Shown piece by piece: positions 32,001-41,900 of a stretch of 64,000 nt of DNA. Position 1 is the stretch's first letter, and each line of letters starts with the position of its first letter. The stretch is taken from the NCBI GenBank assembly GCA_027923505.1, contig BROI01000013.1, positions 124,001-188,000 on the forward strand, read 5' to 3'. A program made the position numbers and the translations under genes. Origin of the DNA: Mayamaea pseudoterrestris. Taxonomy: Eukaryota. The notes beneath the pieces are model-generated. The model was given only the letters and a program-made list of their open reading frames with translations, ran no database searches and was not told the origin of the DNA.

Positions 32001-34042
32001 ACATTGACAGTGCGCTCGACGTCGCCGATAACGCGTTCCGCTGGATTCTGCTGTTGGTTTTCCGGTTCGCTGACCCAGTGCTTACGGATCATAAACTGGC
32101 GTTCGATTTCTCGAATCGCTAGGCTGTTTTCTTCCTTGGCTCCGTCTGAGATTAGACCGAGTGGAGCACCGCAATCGTTGATAAACTGCATGAGCGTCGA
32201 CGGAACTTGTCCCTTGTTCGCCATCGGGTAGACGCGAATCAATCGGCTCTGCATGCAAACGTATAGTTGCGCTGCTTGGCATCCGGCATGTCCAGGAATA
32301 CCATCGTTGAGTGCGGGTGTGTCGGAGAATAGTGTGTCCATTGCAACTTCTTCAGGTAGTCGACGAACATTCGCACCCGGGAAACGAGTACGCAAATGGC
32401 GTCGCTGAGGAAAACGTTGCTCGGCGCGATAGAATTGGGTAGTGTTCTTGAGAGTCTCTTTGATACGATCGGTGGGTAGAAATCCGAAGTTGGGACGAAG
32501 CATTTGGTAATCTGGTCGCGTAGGAACCACAGTGCGTGCCGGTCGGCCGGCTAGTCCAGAATATGGATTGCCTCCAGCTTCTACAATTGCGGCATTGACC
32601 TGCAGCTCGTACGGATCGTACATTTCCCCGGCAGTGTCTTCGTATTCGAACGTTGCGTCGTTGGGATTCGGAGCATGGCTTGATCCGGATGTCGATATGG
32701 TTCCGCGTGAAAGTAGTGAGGGTAGTGAAATGTCATCCTGTTGTGGGTTCGTGTTGTAAGAAGCGTCGTCGGGTACAATGTCGGCAATGCGCTCGGATGG
32801 ACCCTCGGTTTCGACTTGCATAGGGTCCGACTCGTCGCTGAAGTGCTCCCATTCGTGGGTTTCGAGTCCGTTCCATGAGACGACGTTGAGTGTTTCGACT
32901 GAAAGGTCTTCGGGATATTCGTCTTGCGCGTTTCCGTTGACTTGGGTGTTGTTGACTAGTAGTGTTGGCGCTTCGTGATCGTCCGTCGCGGCTTCAATTT
33001 CCGCTTGGATCGAATCGTCATTAAGGTCTCCATCGTACTTTGACGGATCCCAAGGCGTGTCTGCCGTCATGACGACGTGCGGCAATGTGTCGAACTCGGC
33101 GTCGGTGAAATGATGCATCTTCAAATGGACCAAACCGTTCTGGACCGTGAATGGGATCAATGCTCCTTCGGGTGTAATCATGAGCTGCCGTCCGCCAAGT
33201 GCGCTTGCCTTGTCGAATACCTTGTTTCCGAAGTCCTCGAGCTGAACGACCGAATGAATGGTCGCGTCGGTTCCTCCGTCGGCGTACTGGTAGAAAATGC
33301 CAATGACGTACCCTTCCGTCGTCCAGATCTTGGCGGCGAATGTTCCGATGGGTAGTCCTTGCATCATGTGATTGTCGATTCCGGTAACGTCGGCGAACTG
33401 AGTCGTCGATCGATCCAAGCAAATCATGTCCTTACCAGCGATCGAACCGTTGGCACCGCGATCCATCATGGACGGGCTTCGAGACGTAATTGCACGAGTA
33501 ACATGGAACTGTGACGCGTGTGGCCCTTCGGTTGCCGGAGTATTCATACCCATAAGCGCATCTGCGTAGGATACGTTATGTGTAGCGACATGGTTTGTAG
33601 AACGACGCGTGACGTTGGTTGCGTTGGCACGATACATGTTGTATGTAACGTCGCCGACTCGTGCTTGATACACTGGTGGAGTAGATGGCTGGCTTCCTTG
33701 AGCGATCGAGCCTTGTTGCTGAGACTGAAACGCGCGCATGGCGGTTCCACGTGCTGGTGTAGTTCCGACTGTAGGCTGAGTAATCGCCGACATGGTTGAC
33801 ATCGCCGTCGTACTCGCCGGTGGAAGCTGAATTTGTGGAGTTGGTGGTGTATTAGTGTTGTTCGTGCTGGCTTGGCTTGCGTTCAGCTGCAGGCGCGCAC
33901 GTTCCGCTTCTCGGATTCGGCGAGTTTCTGCCTTGTGAGCTTCGCGTTGCTCCTCCGTCCAAGAGAACCATACATCCGGCTCGACTCGACGGTTCGATGC
34001 TGCAGAAGGATTGGTGCACTGTCCGCGTCCACCACCTCGTGG
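29000..34042 (-). CDS. Copia polyprotein (gag C-terminus, protease, integrase plus chromodomain-like module, RT, RNase H)
   Basis: PR DRGAN; INT DTLFSD..ISDGAKE..QNPAER; RT DIGNAYL, KALYGLRTSG, YVDDL; RH GDNQSV, KRHNALAYHRIR, ASDALTK. Frame is open upstream of Met 33802 to a stop at 34043-34045. Stop codon lies inside the 3' LTR. Confidence 0.95.
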   Translation of the reverse strand, partial: PRGGGRGQCTNPSAASNRRVEPDVWFSWTEEQREAHKAETRRIREAERARLQLNASQASTNNTNTPPTPQIQLPPASTTAMSTMSAITQPTVGTTPARGTAMRAFQSQQQGSIAQGSQPSTPPVYQARVGDVTYNMYRANATNVTRRSTNHVATHNVSYADALMGMNTPATEGPHASQFHVTRAITSRSPSMMDRGANGSIAGKDMICLDRSTTQFADVTGIDNHMMQGLPIGTFAAKIWTTEGYVIGIFYQYADGGTDATIHSVVQLEDFGNKVFDKASALGGRQLMITPEGALIPFTVQNGLVHLKMHHFTDAEFDTLPHVVMTADTPWDPSKYDGDLNDDSIQAEIEAATDDHEAPTLLVNNTQVNGNAQDEYPEDLSVETLNVVSWNGLETHEWEHFSDESDPMQVETEGPSERIADIVPDDASYNTNPQQDDISLPSLLSRGTISTSGSSHAPNPNDATFEYEDTAGEMYDPYELQVNAAIVEAGGNPYSGLAGRPARTVVPTRPDYQMLRPNFGFLPTDRIKETLKNTTQFYRAEQRFPQRRHLRTRFPGANVRRLPEEVAMDTLFSDTPALNDGIPGHAGCQAAQLYVCMQSRLIRVYPMANKGQVPSTLMQFINDCGAPLGLISDGAKEENSLAIREIERQFMIRKHWVSEPENQQQNPAERVIGDVERTVNVNMDRTGSPAPTWLLCTLHIVALLALMSQSRLGGMTPYQKVYNEVPDISAYLNFHWWQPVRYSANSTSLNQTNERAGRFVGVADNVGDALTYWVLDEETHQVVARSIVTARRDDLNPNIRLDLPQVEASPEGDMFVYTEGGLQESFQLGTQSSEEEGLPTDEPVPTETADDGPEFYFGDEPFVGSSPYQRPPSARPQAHPRGPIDLLPAFSPEELVNQTFTWHTQDGEPMRAEIVRKLETMDAANHHNIKFLLKIGENEAEEVIDYIRLCELFEKDQAAKVNDPEHNWTFKAILSHEGPLTKQSDGWKGSMYNIKVVWEDNSTTWEPLNALARDDIISCARYAEANGLLNKKGWKFLRDAARRARIARRTVNQAKQRRSIRHKFGVKVPRDPKEARKFQEELRHTKWTDAEKVELSSLFEYDTFIDLGLNAAPPEGYQKIRTIWVYDCKQDFRHKARMVAGGHLTDPVDDSYSSVVSLESLRLALAIGELNGLTPMVGDIGNAYLEAKTKEKIYFIAGPEFGDLEGHTLIIYKALYGLRTSGARFHERLADALRAEGFKASYADPDVWIRDAGHCYEYICTYVDDLMAIMIDPGAFYDILRNKYKFKLKGVGCPEYHLGGDFGRDPDGTLFWGTKTYITKLLANYERTFNGPPPKYSSPLDSHDHPELDQTSLLGESDIKIYQSFVGALQWAITLGRFDICSATACLSRFRGQPRIGHLDRVKRVCGYLRKFPEAAIRFRTQWPQNEIIFGDSPTYDWQQTVYDNPKEEVLSLWPKPKGKTVRLTTLKDANLMHCKVTGKACTGILHFIQQTPFKWFAKLQDTVEHATFGSELMSGRVATDHILGIRASLMAMGVPIESSSWLLGDNQSVITQCTVPTSTLTKRHNALAYHRIRWCVAAGIIKFVKIAGKENASDALTKYLPYIDAWPLLKPLLFWRGETLDPGELEFYLMDPSLPQGEPTPGELIELTPVLAHLQGECHNDDLVQSLDANLDVAGGARA

Positions 34043-35285
34043 CTACTTCGCGTGCCGCCGCGCGTCCAGAACCGCGACGGTTCCGTGCCGCTGCCATTTC
34101 CACGACCGTTTCCGCCTTGGCTGCTGCTTGGGGTGTGGCTAGTCGGTGTAGTGCCTCCGGTCGGTGGAGTACTCGCTTGTTGGATGTGGTTGTGTTTTTC
34201 TTTGGCGTGTGCGCTGCTGGTGCGTCGTCGCCGCGCTGCGGGTATCGCGAGCACGATGAGCTGCTTGTACCAGTCTTCGATGCTTTGATCTTGACCTTGC
34301 GCGTTGAGGCTACGCTCGGAACTGATTTCTTGGCGAAAGGCGTCGTTCCAGCGAACCGATTCGGACAACCACTTCTTGCGCGTCGCGTCGGGGACTGTTT
34401 CGCCGGTATAATCTTCGTAATCGAGCAAGGCATTCTCCCATTGAGTGAACCACGCAGTGTACGTGCTGCCGTGGTCGTTCGTCAGTTTCATGTCGCGAAC
34501 TCTTGACTTGGCTCGCTGCGCTGCGCGTTCGGCATTCTTGCCCGTCAAGTACATCTTGTGCATTTCCTTGAAGCACTTGTGGGCCGATCCATCCTTGTGG
34601 TGACAAATGATCGGGATGCAGTTGGCGACTTTGCAGTATGTCGTGATGATGTCAAATGCTGTGGCTTCTTGCGCTTTGAATACCTTGAGATCTTCAGGTG
34701 AAAGCGTTGCCGGTTTAAAGTCCGGATCGAAGACTCGCTCAAAGCCTTGGTTCTTGGCCGTTGCAAGCGTCTTGAGTCACCATTGACGGAATATGTACTC
34801 GTCTTTGAACTCGGTGTATGCTTTGGTGTTGACTCCGGCCGCGAGGCGTTTGTACTTCGACGTTCTGCAGAGCGTCGAGCTCGTTGAATCCGACTCATGT
34901 CGCTTTGGAATAGAGACTCTTCGGGCGATTCGGTTGCTTTGATGAGTCCTGCGAATGTGAGCGTCGCCCATTCCTTGAGTTCGCGCTCTTCCGATGCCCA
35001 TTGACGAAGGCGGGTAATGGTTCGAATAACCGTGATGTGCGTTTTGGATTCCTTCAGTACCGACTCGATGTCCTTGATGGTCAGCATTAGGAATGGCTCC
35101 GTGAGTAGACGTCCGTCCGGGAGGAGTGACTTGATGGCGACGATGACTGGAAGCTTCATGAACTTGTCGTTGTTGACGGTCTTCTGCTTGTACATGCTTT
35201 TCAATCCGACGGCGAGCGAGTTGTCTTCCGCGTCATCTTGCGTGACATTGGGTCCGTCGGGAGGATCATCTTCGACGACGGTCAT
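34043..35285 (-). pseudogene. Disrupted gag region of the retrotransposon
   Basis: Gag-like text FKDEYIFRQW*LKTLATAKNQGFERVFDP..WFTQWENALLDYE has an in-frame TGA at 34777-34779, plus frameshifts near ~34900 and ~34050-34090. Confidence 0.75.
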
Positions 35286-35444
35286 GTTGTTGATTGATTG
35301 GTACGGGATGAATATATACCGCGAGAATAATCGAGGAAGTCGATTCTATCCGAGCGATGCTTGCAATTCGACTCGGTCTTCAATCCCTCCGTCTGCCGGA
35401 CTAGTGTAGATTGAAGCCTCGGACAGGAAATGAACGAGGGATGT

Positions 35445-35453
35445 CCGCTGCCA
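35445..35453 (-). promoter_or_regulatory. Primer binding site, probably tRNA-Leu
   Basis: TGGCAGCGG one base inside the 5' LTR end; complementary to a tRNA 3' end CCGCTGCCA as in eukaryotic tRNA-Leu. Confidence 0.7.
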
Positions 35454-35454
35454 A

Positions 35455-35935
35455 TGTAGTGTGCAACGAAACGACGGGAGTGGTCGTCACCAGCGCCCGA
35501 GAGAGTTGATTGTAAAGACCAAGACTGTGTGATCTGACACGATGCAGTTCCAGTTCGTACGGCTGCAACGATTCCTCACCCTCTGTAGTCGGTTTCCAAG
35601 TGAGCGGGATGATCAGTCCTTTACCTTGGTTTATCCTACAGGGGTCTTATCCTACAAAACGCTAGTTGATTAAGCAGTTCTCTAGAAAGTGAGTTGATTT
35701 ACGATCGGTCGAGAAAGAGCGATTGATCAGATGGCTCTTTCAAGACCATTCACGATAGTGAATACTAATCTTGTTTAATCGTGCCTGCGGCTGGCACACA
35801 TGCAATATTTCAATGACGTAGTTGTGAGTAGATGTCTTTTCTGGTACCGCAACGGAGGTTCGAGTACTATGCTCGTGCGCCCCCGGCGACGTCTAGGTTC
35901 GCGTCAAGCGACTGGACTAGATCGTCATTGTGACA
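35455..35935 (-). repeat. 5' LTR, 481 bp
   Basis: TGT...ACA termini; adjacent PBS; outer end abuts satellite TCACC. Confidence 0.88.
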
Positions 35936-38900
35936 TCACCAGTCTCAGCCCGCAGATGCCGTGACATTCAAACGCCCCTACGGCAAGCCCTGTAGGTGCC
36001 CAAAATACACCAGAATGGTGCCAACATCATTATTCAGGCTGCGCTACAAGATGGTAGGCTTGGCTGGTGTCTCAGGGGATGGCAATGTATTTGGTGACAA
36101 CTTGTCACCAGTCTCAGCCCGCGGATGCCGTGACATTCAAACGCCCCTACAGCAAGCCCTGTAGGTGCCCAAAATACACCAGAATGGTGCCAACATCATT
36201 ATTCAGGCTGCGCTACAAGATGGTAGGCTTGGCTGGTGTCTCAGGGGATGGCAATGTATCTGGTGACAACTTGTCACCAGTCTCAGCCCGCAGATGCTGT
36301 GACATTCAAACGTCCCTACAGCAAGCCCTGTAGGTGCCCAAAATACACCAGAATGGTGCCAACATCATTATTCAGGCTGCGCTACAAGATGGTAGGCTTG
36401 GCTGGTGTCTTAGGGGATGGCAATGTATTTGGTGACAACTTGTCACCAGTCTCAGCCTGCGGATGCTGTGACATTCTAATGCCCCTACAGCAAGCCCTGT
36501 AGGTGCCCAAAATACACCAGAATGGTGCCAACATCATTACTCAGGCTGCGCTCCAAGATGGTAGGCTTGGCTGGTGTCTCAGGGGATGGCAATGTATTTG
36601 GTGACAACTTGTCACCAGTCTCAGCCCGCGGATGCCGTGACATTCAAACGCCCCTACAGCAAGCCCTGTAGGTGCCCAAAATACACCGGAATGGTGCCAA
36701 CATCCTTATTCAGGCTGCGCTACAAGATGGTTGGCTTGGCTGGTGTCTCAGGGGATGGCAATGTATCTGGTGACAACTTGTCACCAGATTCAAACCCTAA
36801 CCCTAACTGTAGGTGCCCAAATCACACCAGAATGGTGCCAACATCATTATTCAGGCTGCGCTACAAGATGGTAGGCTTGGCTGGTGTCTTAGGGGATGGC
36901 AATGTATTTGGTGACAACTTGTCACCAGTCTCAGCCCGCAGATGCTGTGACATTCAAATGCCCCTACAGCAAGCCCTGTAGGTGCCCAAAATACACCAGA
37001 ATGGTGCCAACATCATTATTCAGGCTGCGCTACAAGATGGTAGGCTTGGCTGGTGTCTCAGGGGATGGCAATGTATTTGGTGACAACTTGTCACCAGTCT
37101 CAGCCCGCAGATGCCGTGACATTCAAACGCCCCTACGGCAAGCCCTGTAGGTGCCCAAAATACACCAGAATGGTGCCAACATCATTATTCAGGCTGCGCT
37201 ACAAGATGGTAGGCTTGGCTGGTGTCTCAGGGGATGGCAATGTATTTGGTGACAACTTGTCACCAGTCTCAGCCTGCAGATGCCGTGACATTCAAACGCC
37301 CCTACAGCAAGCCCTGTAGGTGCCCAAAATACACCAGAATGGTGCCAACATCCTTATTCAGGCTGCGCTACAAGATGGTAGGCTTGGCTGGTGTCTCAGG
37401 GGATGGCAATGTATTTGGTGACAACTTGTCACCAGTCTCAGCCCGCGGATGCCGTGACATTCAAACGCCCCTACAGCAAGCCCTGTAGGTGCCCAAAATA
37501 CACCAGAATGGTGCCAACATCATTAGTCAGGCTGCGCTACAAGATGGTAGGCTTGGCTGGTGTCTCAGGGGATGGCAATGTATTTGGTGACAACTTGTCA
37601 CCAGTCTCAGCCCGCAGATGCCGTGACATTCAAACGTCCCTACAGCAAGATCTGTAGGTGCCCAAAATACACCAGAATGGTGCCAACATCATTATTTAGG
37701 CTGCGCTACAAGAAGGTAGTCTTGCCTGGTGTCTTAGGGGATGGCAATGTTTTTGGTGACAACTTGTCACCAGTCTCAGCCTGCGGATGCTGTGACATTC
37801 AAATGCCCCTACAGCAAGCCCTGTAGGTGCCCAAAATACACCAGAATGGTGCCAACATCATTATTCAATCTGCGCTGCAAGATGGTAGTCTTGCCTGGTG
37901 TCTCAGGGGATGGCAATGTATTTGGTGACAACTTGTCACCAGTCTCAGCCCGCAGATGCCGTGACATTCAAACGTCCCTACAGCAAGATCTGTAGGTGCC
38001 CAAAATACACCAGAATGATGCCAACATCATTATTCAGGTTGCGCTACAAGATGGTAGTCTTGCCTGGTGTCTTAGGGGATGGCAATGTATTTGGTGACAA
38101 CTTGTCACCAGTCTCAGCCCGCAGATGCTGTGACATTCAAATGCCCCTACAGCAAGCCCTGTAGGTGCCCAAAATACACCAGAATGGTGCCAACATCATT
38201 ACTCAGGCTGCGCAACAAGATGGTAGGCTTGGCTGGTGTCTCAGGGGATGGCAATGTATTTGGTGACAACTTGTCACCAGTCTCAGCCCGCAGATGCCGT
38301 GACATTCAAACGTCCCTACAGCAAGATCTGTAGGTGCCCAAAATACACCAGAATGGTGCCAACATCATTATTCAGGCTGCGCTACAAGATGGTAGTCTTG
38401 CCTGGTGTCTTAGGGGATGGCAATGTATTTGGTGACAACTTGTCACCAGTCTCAGCCCGCAGATGCTGTGACATTCAAATGCCCCTACAGCAAGCCCTGT
38501 AGGTGCCCAAAATACACCAGAATGGTGCCAACATCATTACTCAGGCTGCGCAACAAGATGGTAGGCTTGGCTGGTGTCTCAGGGGATGGCAATGTATTTG
38601 GTGACAACTTGTCACCAGTCTCAGCCCGCAGATGCCGTGACATTCAAACGCCCCTACAGCAAGCCCTGTAGGTGCCCAAAATACACCAGAATGGTGCCAA
38701 CATCATTATTCAGGCTGCGCTACAAGATGGTAGGCTTGGCTGGTGTCTCAGGGGATGGCAATGTATTTGGTGACAACTTGTCACCAGTCTCAGCCCGCGG
38801 ATGCCGTGACATTCAAACGCCCCTACAGCAAGCCCTGTAGGTGCCCAAAATACACCAGAATGGTGCCAACATCATTATTCAGGCTGCGCTACAAGATGGT

Positions 38901-41900
38901 AGGCTTGGCTGGTGTCTCAGGGGATGGCAATGTATCTGGTGACAACTTGTCACCAGTCTCAGCCCGCAGATGCCGTGACATTCAAACGTCCCTACAGCAA
39001 GCCCTGTAGGTGCCCAAAATACACCAGAATGGTGCCAACATCATTTTTCAGGCTGCGCTACAAGATGGTAGGCTTGGCTGGTGTTTCAGGGGATGGCAAT
39101 GTATCTGGTGACAACTTGTCACCAGGCTCAGCCCGCAGATGCCGTGACATTCAAACGTCCCTACAGCAAGATCTGTAGGTGCCCAAAATACACCAGAATG
39201 GTGCCAACATCATTATTCAGGCTGCGCTACAAGAGGGTAGTCTTGCCTGGTGTCTTAGGGGATGGCAATGTATTTGGTGACAACTTGTCACCAGTCTCAG
39301 CCTGCGGATGCCGTGACATTCAAACGTCCCTACAGCAAGATCTGTAGGTGCCCAAAATACACCAGAATGGTGCCAACATCATTATTCAGGCTGCGCTACA
39401 AGATGGTAGTCTTGCCTGGTGTCTTAGGGGATGGCAATGTATTTGGTGACAACTTGTCACCAGTCTCAGCCTGCGGATGCCGTGACATTCAAACGCCCCT
39501 ACGGCAAGCCCTGTAGGTGCCCAAAATACACCAGAATGGTGCCAACATCATTAGTCAGGCTGCGCTACAAGATGGTAGGCTTGGCTGGTGTCTCAGGGGA
39601 TGGCAATGTATCTGGTGACAACTTGTCACCAGTCTCAGCCCGCAGATGCCGTGACATTCAAACGTCCCTACAGCAAGATCTGTAGGTGCCCAAAATACAC
39701 CAGAATGGTGCCAACATCATTAGTCAGGCTGCGCTACAAGATGGTAGGCTTGGCTGGTGTCTCAGGGGATGGCAATGTATTTGGTGACAACTTGTCACCA
39801 GTCTCAGCCTGCGGATGCCGTGACATTCAAACGCCCCTACGGCAAGCCCTGTAGGTGCCCAAAATACACCAGAATGGTGCCAACATCATTATTCAGGCTG
39901 CGCTACAAGATGGTAGGCTTGGCTGGTGTCTCAGGGGATGGCAATGTATTTGGTGACAACTTGTCACCAGTCTCAGCCCGCGGATGCCGTGACATTCAAA
40001 CGCCCCTACAGCAAGCCCTGTAGGTGCCCAAAATACACCAGAATGGTGCCAACATCATTAGTCAGGCTGCGCTACAAGATGGTAGGCTTGGCTGGTGTCT
40101 CAGGGGATGGCAATGTATTTGGTGACAACTTGTCACCAGTCTCAGCCCGCGGATGCCGTGCCATTCAAACGCCCCTATAGCAAGCCCTGTAGGTGCCCAA
40201 AATACACCAGAATGGTGCCAACATCATTAGTCAGGCTGCGCTACAAGATGGTAGGCTTGGCTGGTGTCTCAGGGGATGGCAATGTATCTGGTGACAACTT
40301 GTCACCAGGCTCAGCCCGCAGATGCCGTGACATTCAAACGTCCCTACAGCAAGATCTGTAGGTGCCCAAAATACACCAGAATGGTGCCAACATCATTATT
40401 CAGGCTGCGCTACAAGATGGTAGGCTTGGCTGGTGTCTCAGGGGATGGCAATGTATTTGGTGACAACTTGTCACCAGTCTCAGCCTGCGGATGCTGTGAC
40501 ATTCAAATGCCCCTACAGCAAGCCCTGTAGGTGCCCAAAATACACCAGAATGGTGCCAACATCATTATTCAAGCTGCGCTACAAGATGGTAGTCTTGGCT
40601 GGTGTCTCAGGGGATGGCAATGTATTTGGTGACAACTTGTCACCAGTCTCAGCCCGCAGATGCCGGGACATTCAAATGCCCCTACAGCAAGCCCTGTAGG
40701 TGCCCAAAATACACCAGAATGGTGCCAACATCATTATTCAGGCTGCGCTACAAGATGGTAGGCTTGGCTGGTGTCTCAGGGGATGGCAATGTATTTGGTG
40801 ACAACTTGTCACCAGTCTCAGCCCGCAGATGCCGTGACATTCAAACGCCCCTACAGCAAGCCCTGTAGGTGCCCAAAATACACCAGAATGGTGCCAACAT
40901 CATTATTCAGGCTGCGCTACAAGATGGTAGGCTTGGCTGGTGTCTCAGGGGATGGCAATGTATTTGGTGACAACTTGTCACCAGTCTCAGCCTGCGGATG
41001 CCGTGACATTTAAACGCCCCTACAGCAAGCCCTGTAGGTGCCCAAATACACCAGAATGGTGCCAACATCATTAGTCAGGCTGCGCTACAAGATGGTAGGC
41101 TTGCCTGGTGTCTTAGGGGATGGCAATGTATTTGGTGACAACTTGTCACCAGTCTCAGCCTGCGGATGCCGTGACATTCAAACGCCCCTACGGCAAGCCC
41201 TGTAGGTGCCCAAAATACACCAGAATGGTGCCAACATCATTATTCAGGCTGCGCTACAAGATGGTAGGCTTGGCTGGTGTCTCAGGGGATGGCAATGTAT
41301 TTGGTGACAACTTGTCACCAGTCTCAGCCTGCGGATGCCGTGACATTCAAATGCCCCTACAGCAAGCCCTGTAGGTGCCCAAAATACACCAGAATGGTGC
41401 CAACATCATTATTCAGGCTGCGCTACAAGATGGTAGGCTTGGCGGGTGTCTCAGGGGATGGCAATGTATTTGGTGACAACTTGTCACCAGTCTCAGCTCG
41501 CAGATGCCGTGACATTCAAACGCCCCTACAGCAAGCTTTGTAGGTGCCCAAAATACTCCAGAATGGTGCCAACATCATTATTCAGGCTGCGCTACAAGAT
41601 GGTAGGCTTGGCTGGTGTCTCAGGGGATGGCAATGTATTTGGTGACAACTTGTCACCAGTCTCAGCCTGCGGATGCCGTGACATTCAAACGCCCCTACAG
41701 CAAGCCCTGTAGGTGCCCAAAATACACCAGAATGGTGCCAACATCATTATTCAGGCTGCGCTACAAGATGGTAGGCTTGGCTGGTGTCTCAGGGGATGGC
41801 AATGTATTTGGTGACAACTTGTCACCAGTCTCAGCCTGCGGATGCCGTGACATTCAAACGCCCCTACAGCAAGCCCTGTAGGTGCCCAAATACACCAGAA

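Larger units (their letters stand above)
28693..35935 (-). mobile_element. Ty1/copia LTR retrotransposon, CoDi-like
   Basis: 5' LTR 35455-35935 (TG..CA). 3' LTR recognisable over 28693-29068 and apparently identical to 35560-35935. PBS and PPT present. Domain order gag-PR-INT-RT-RH. Confidence 0.97.
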
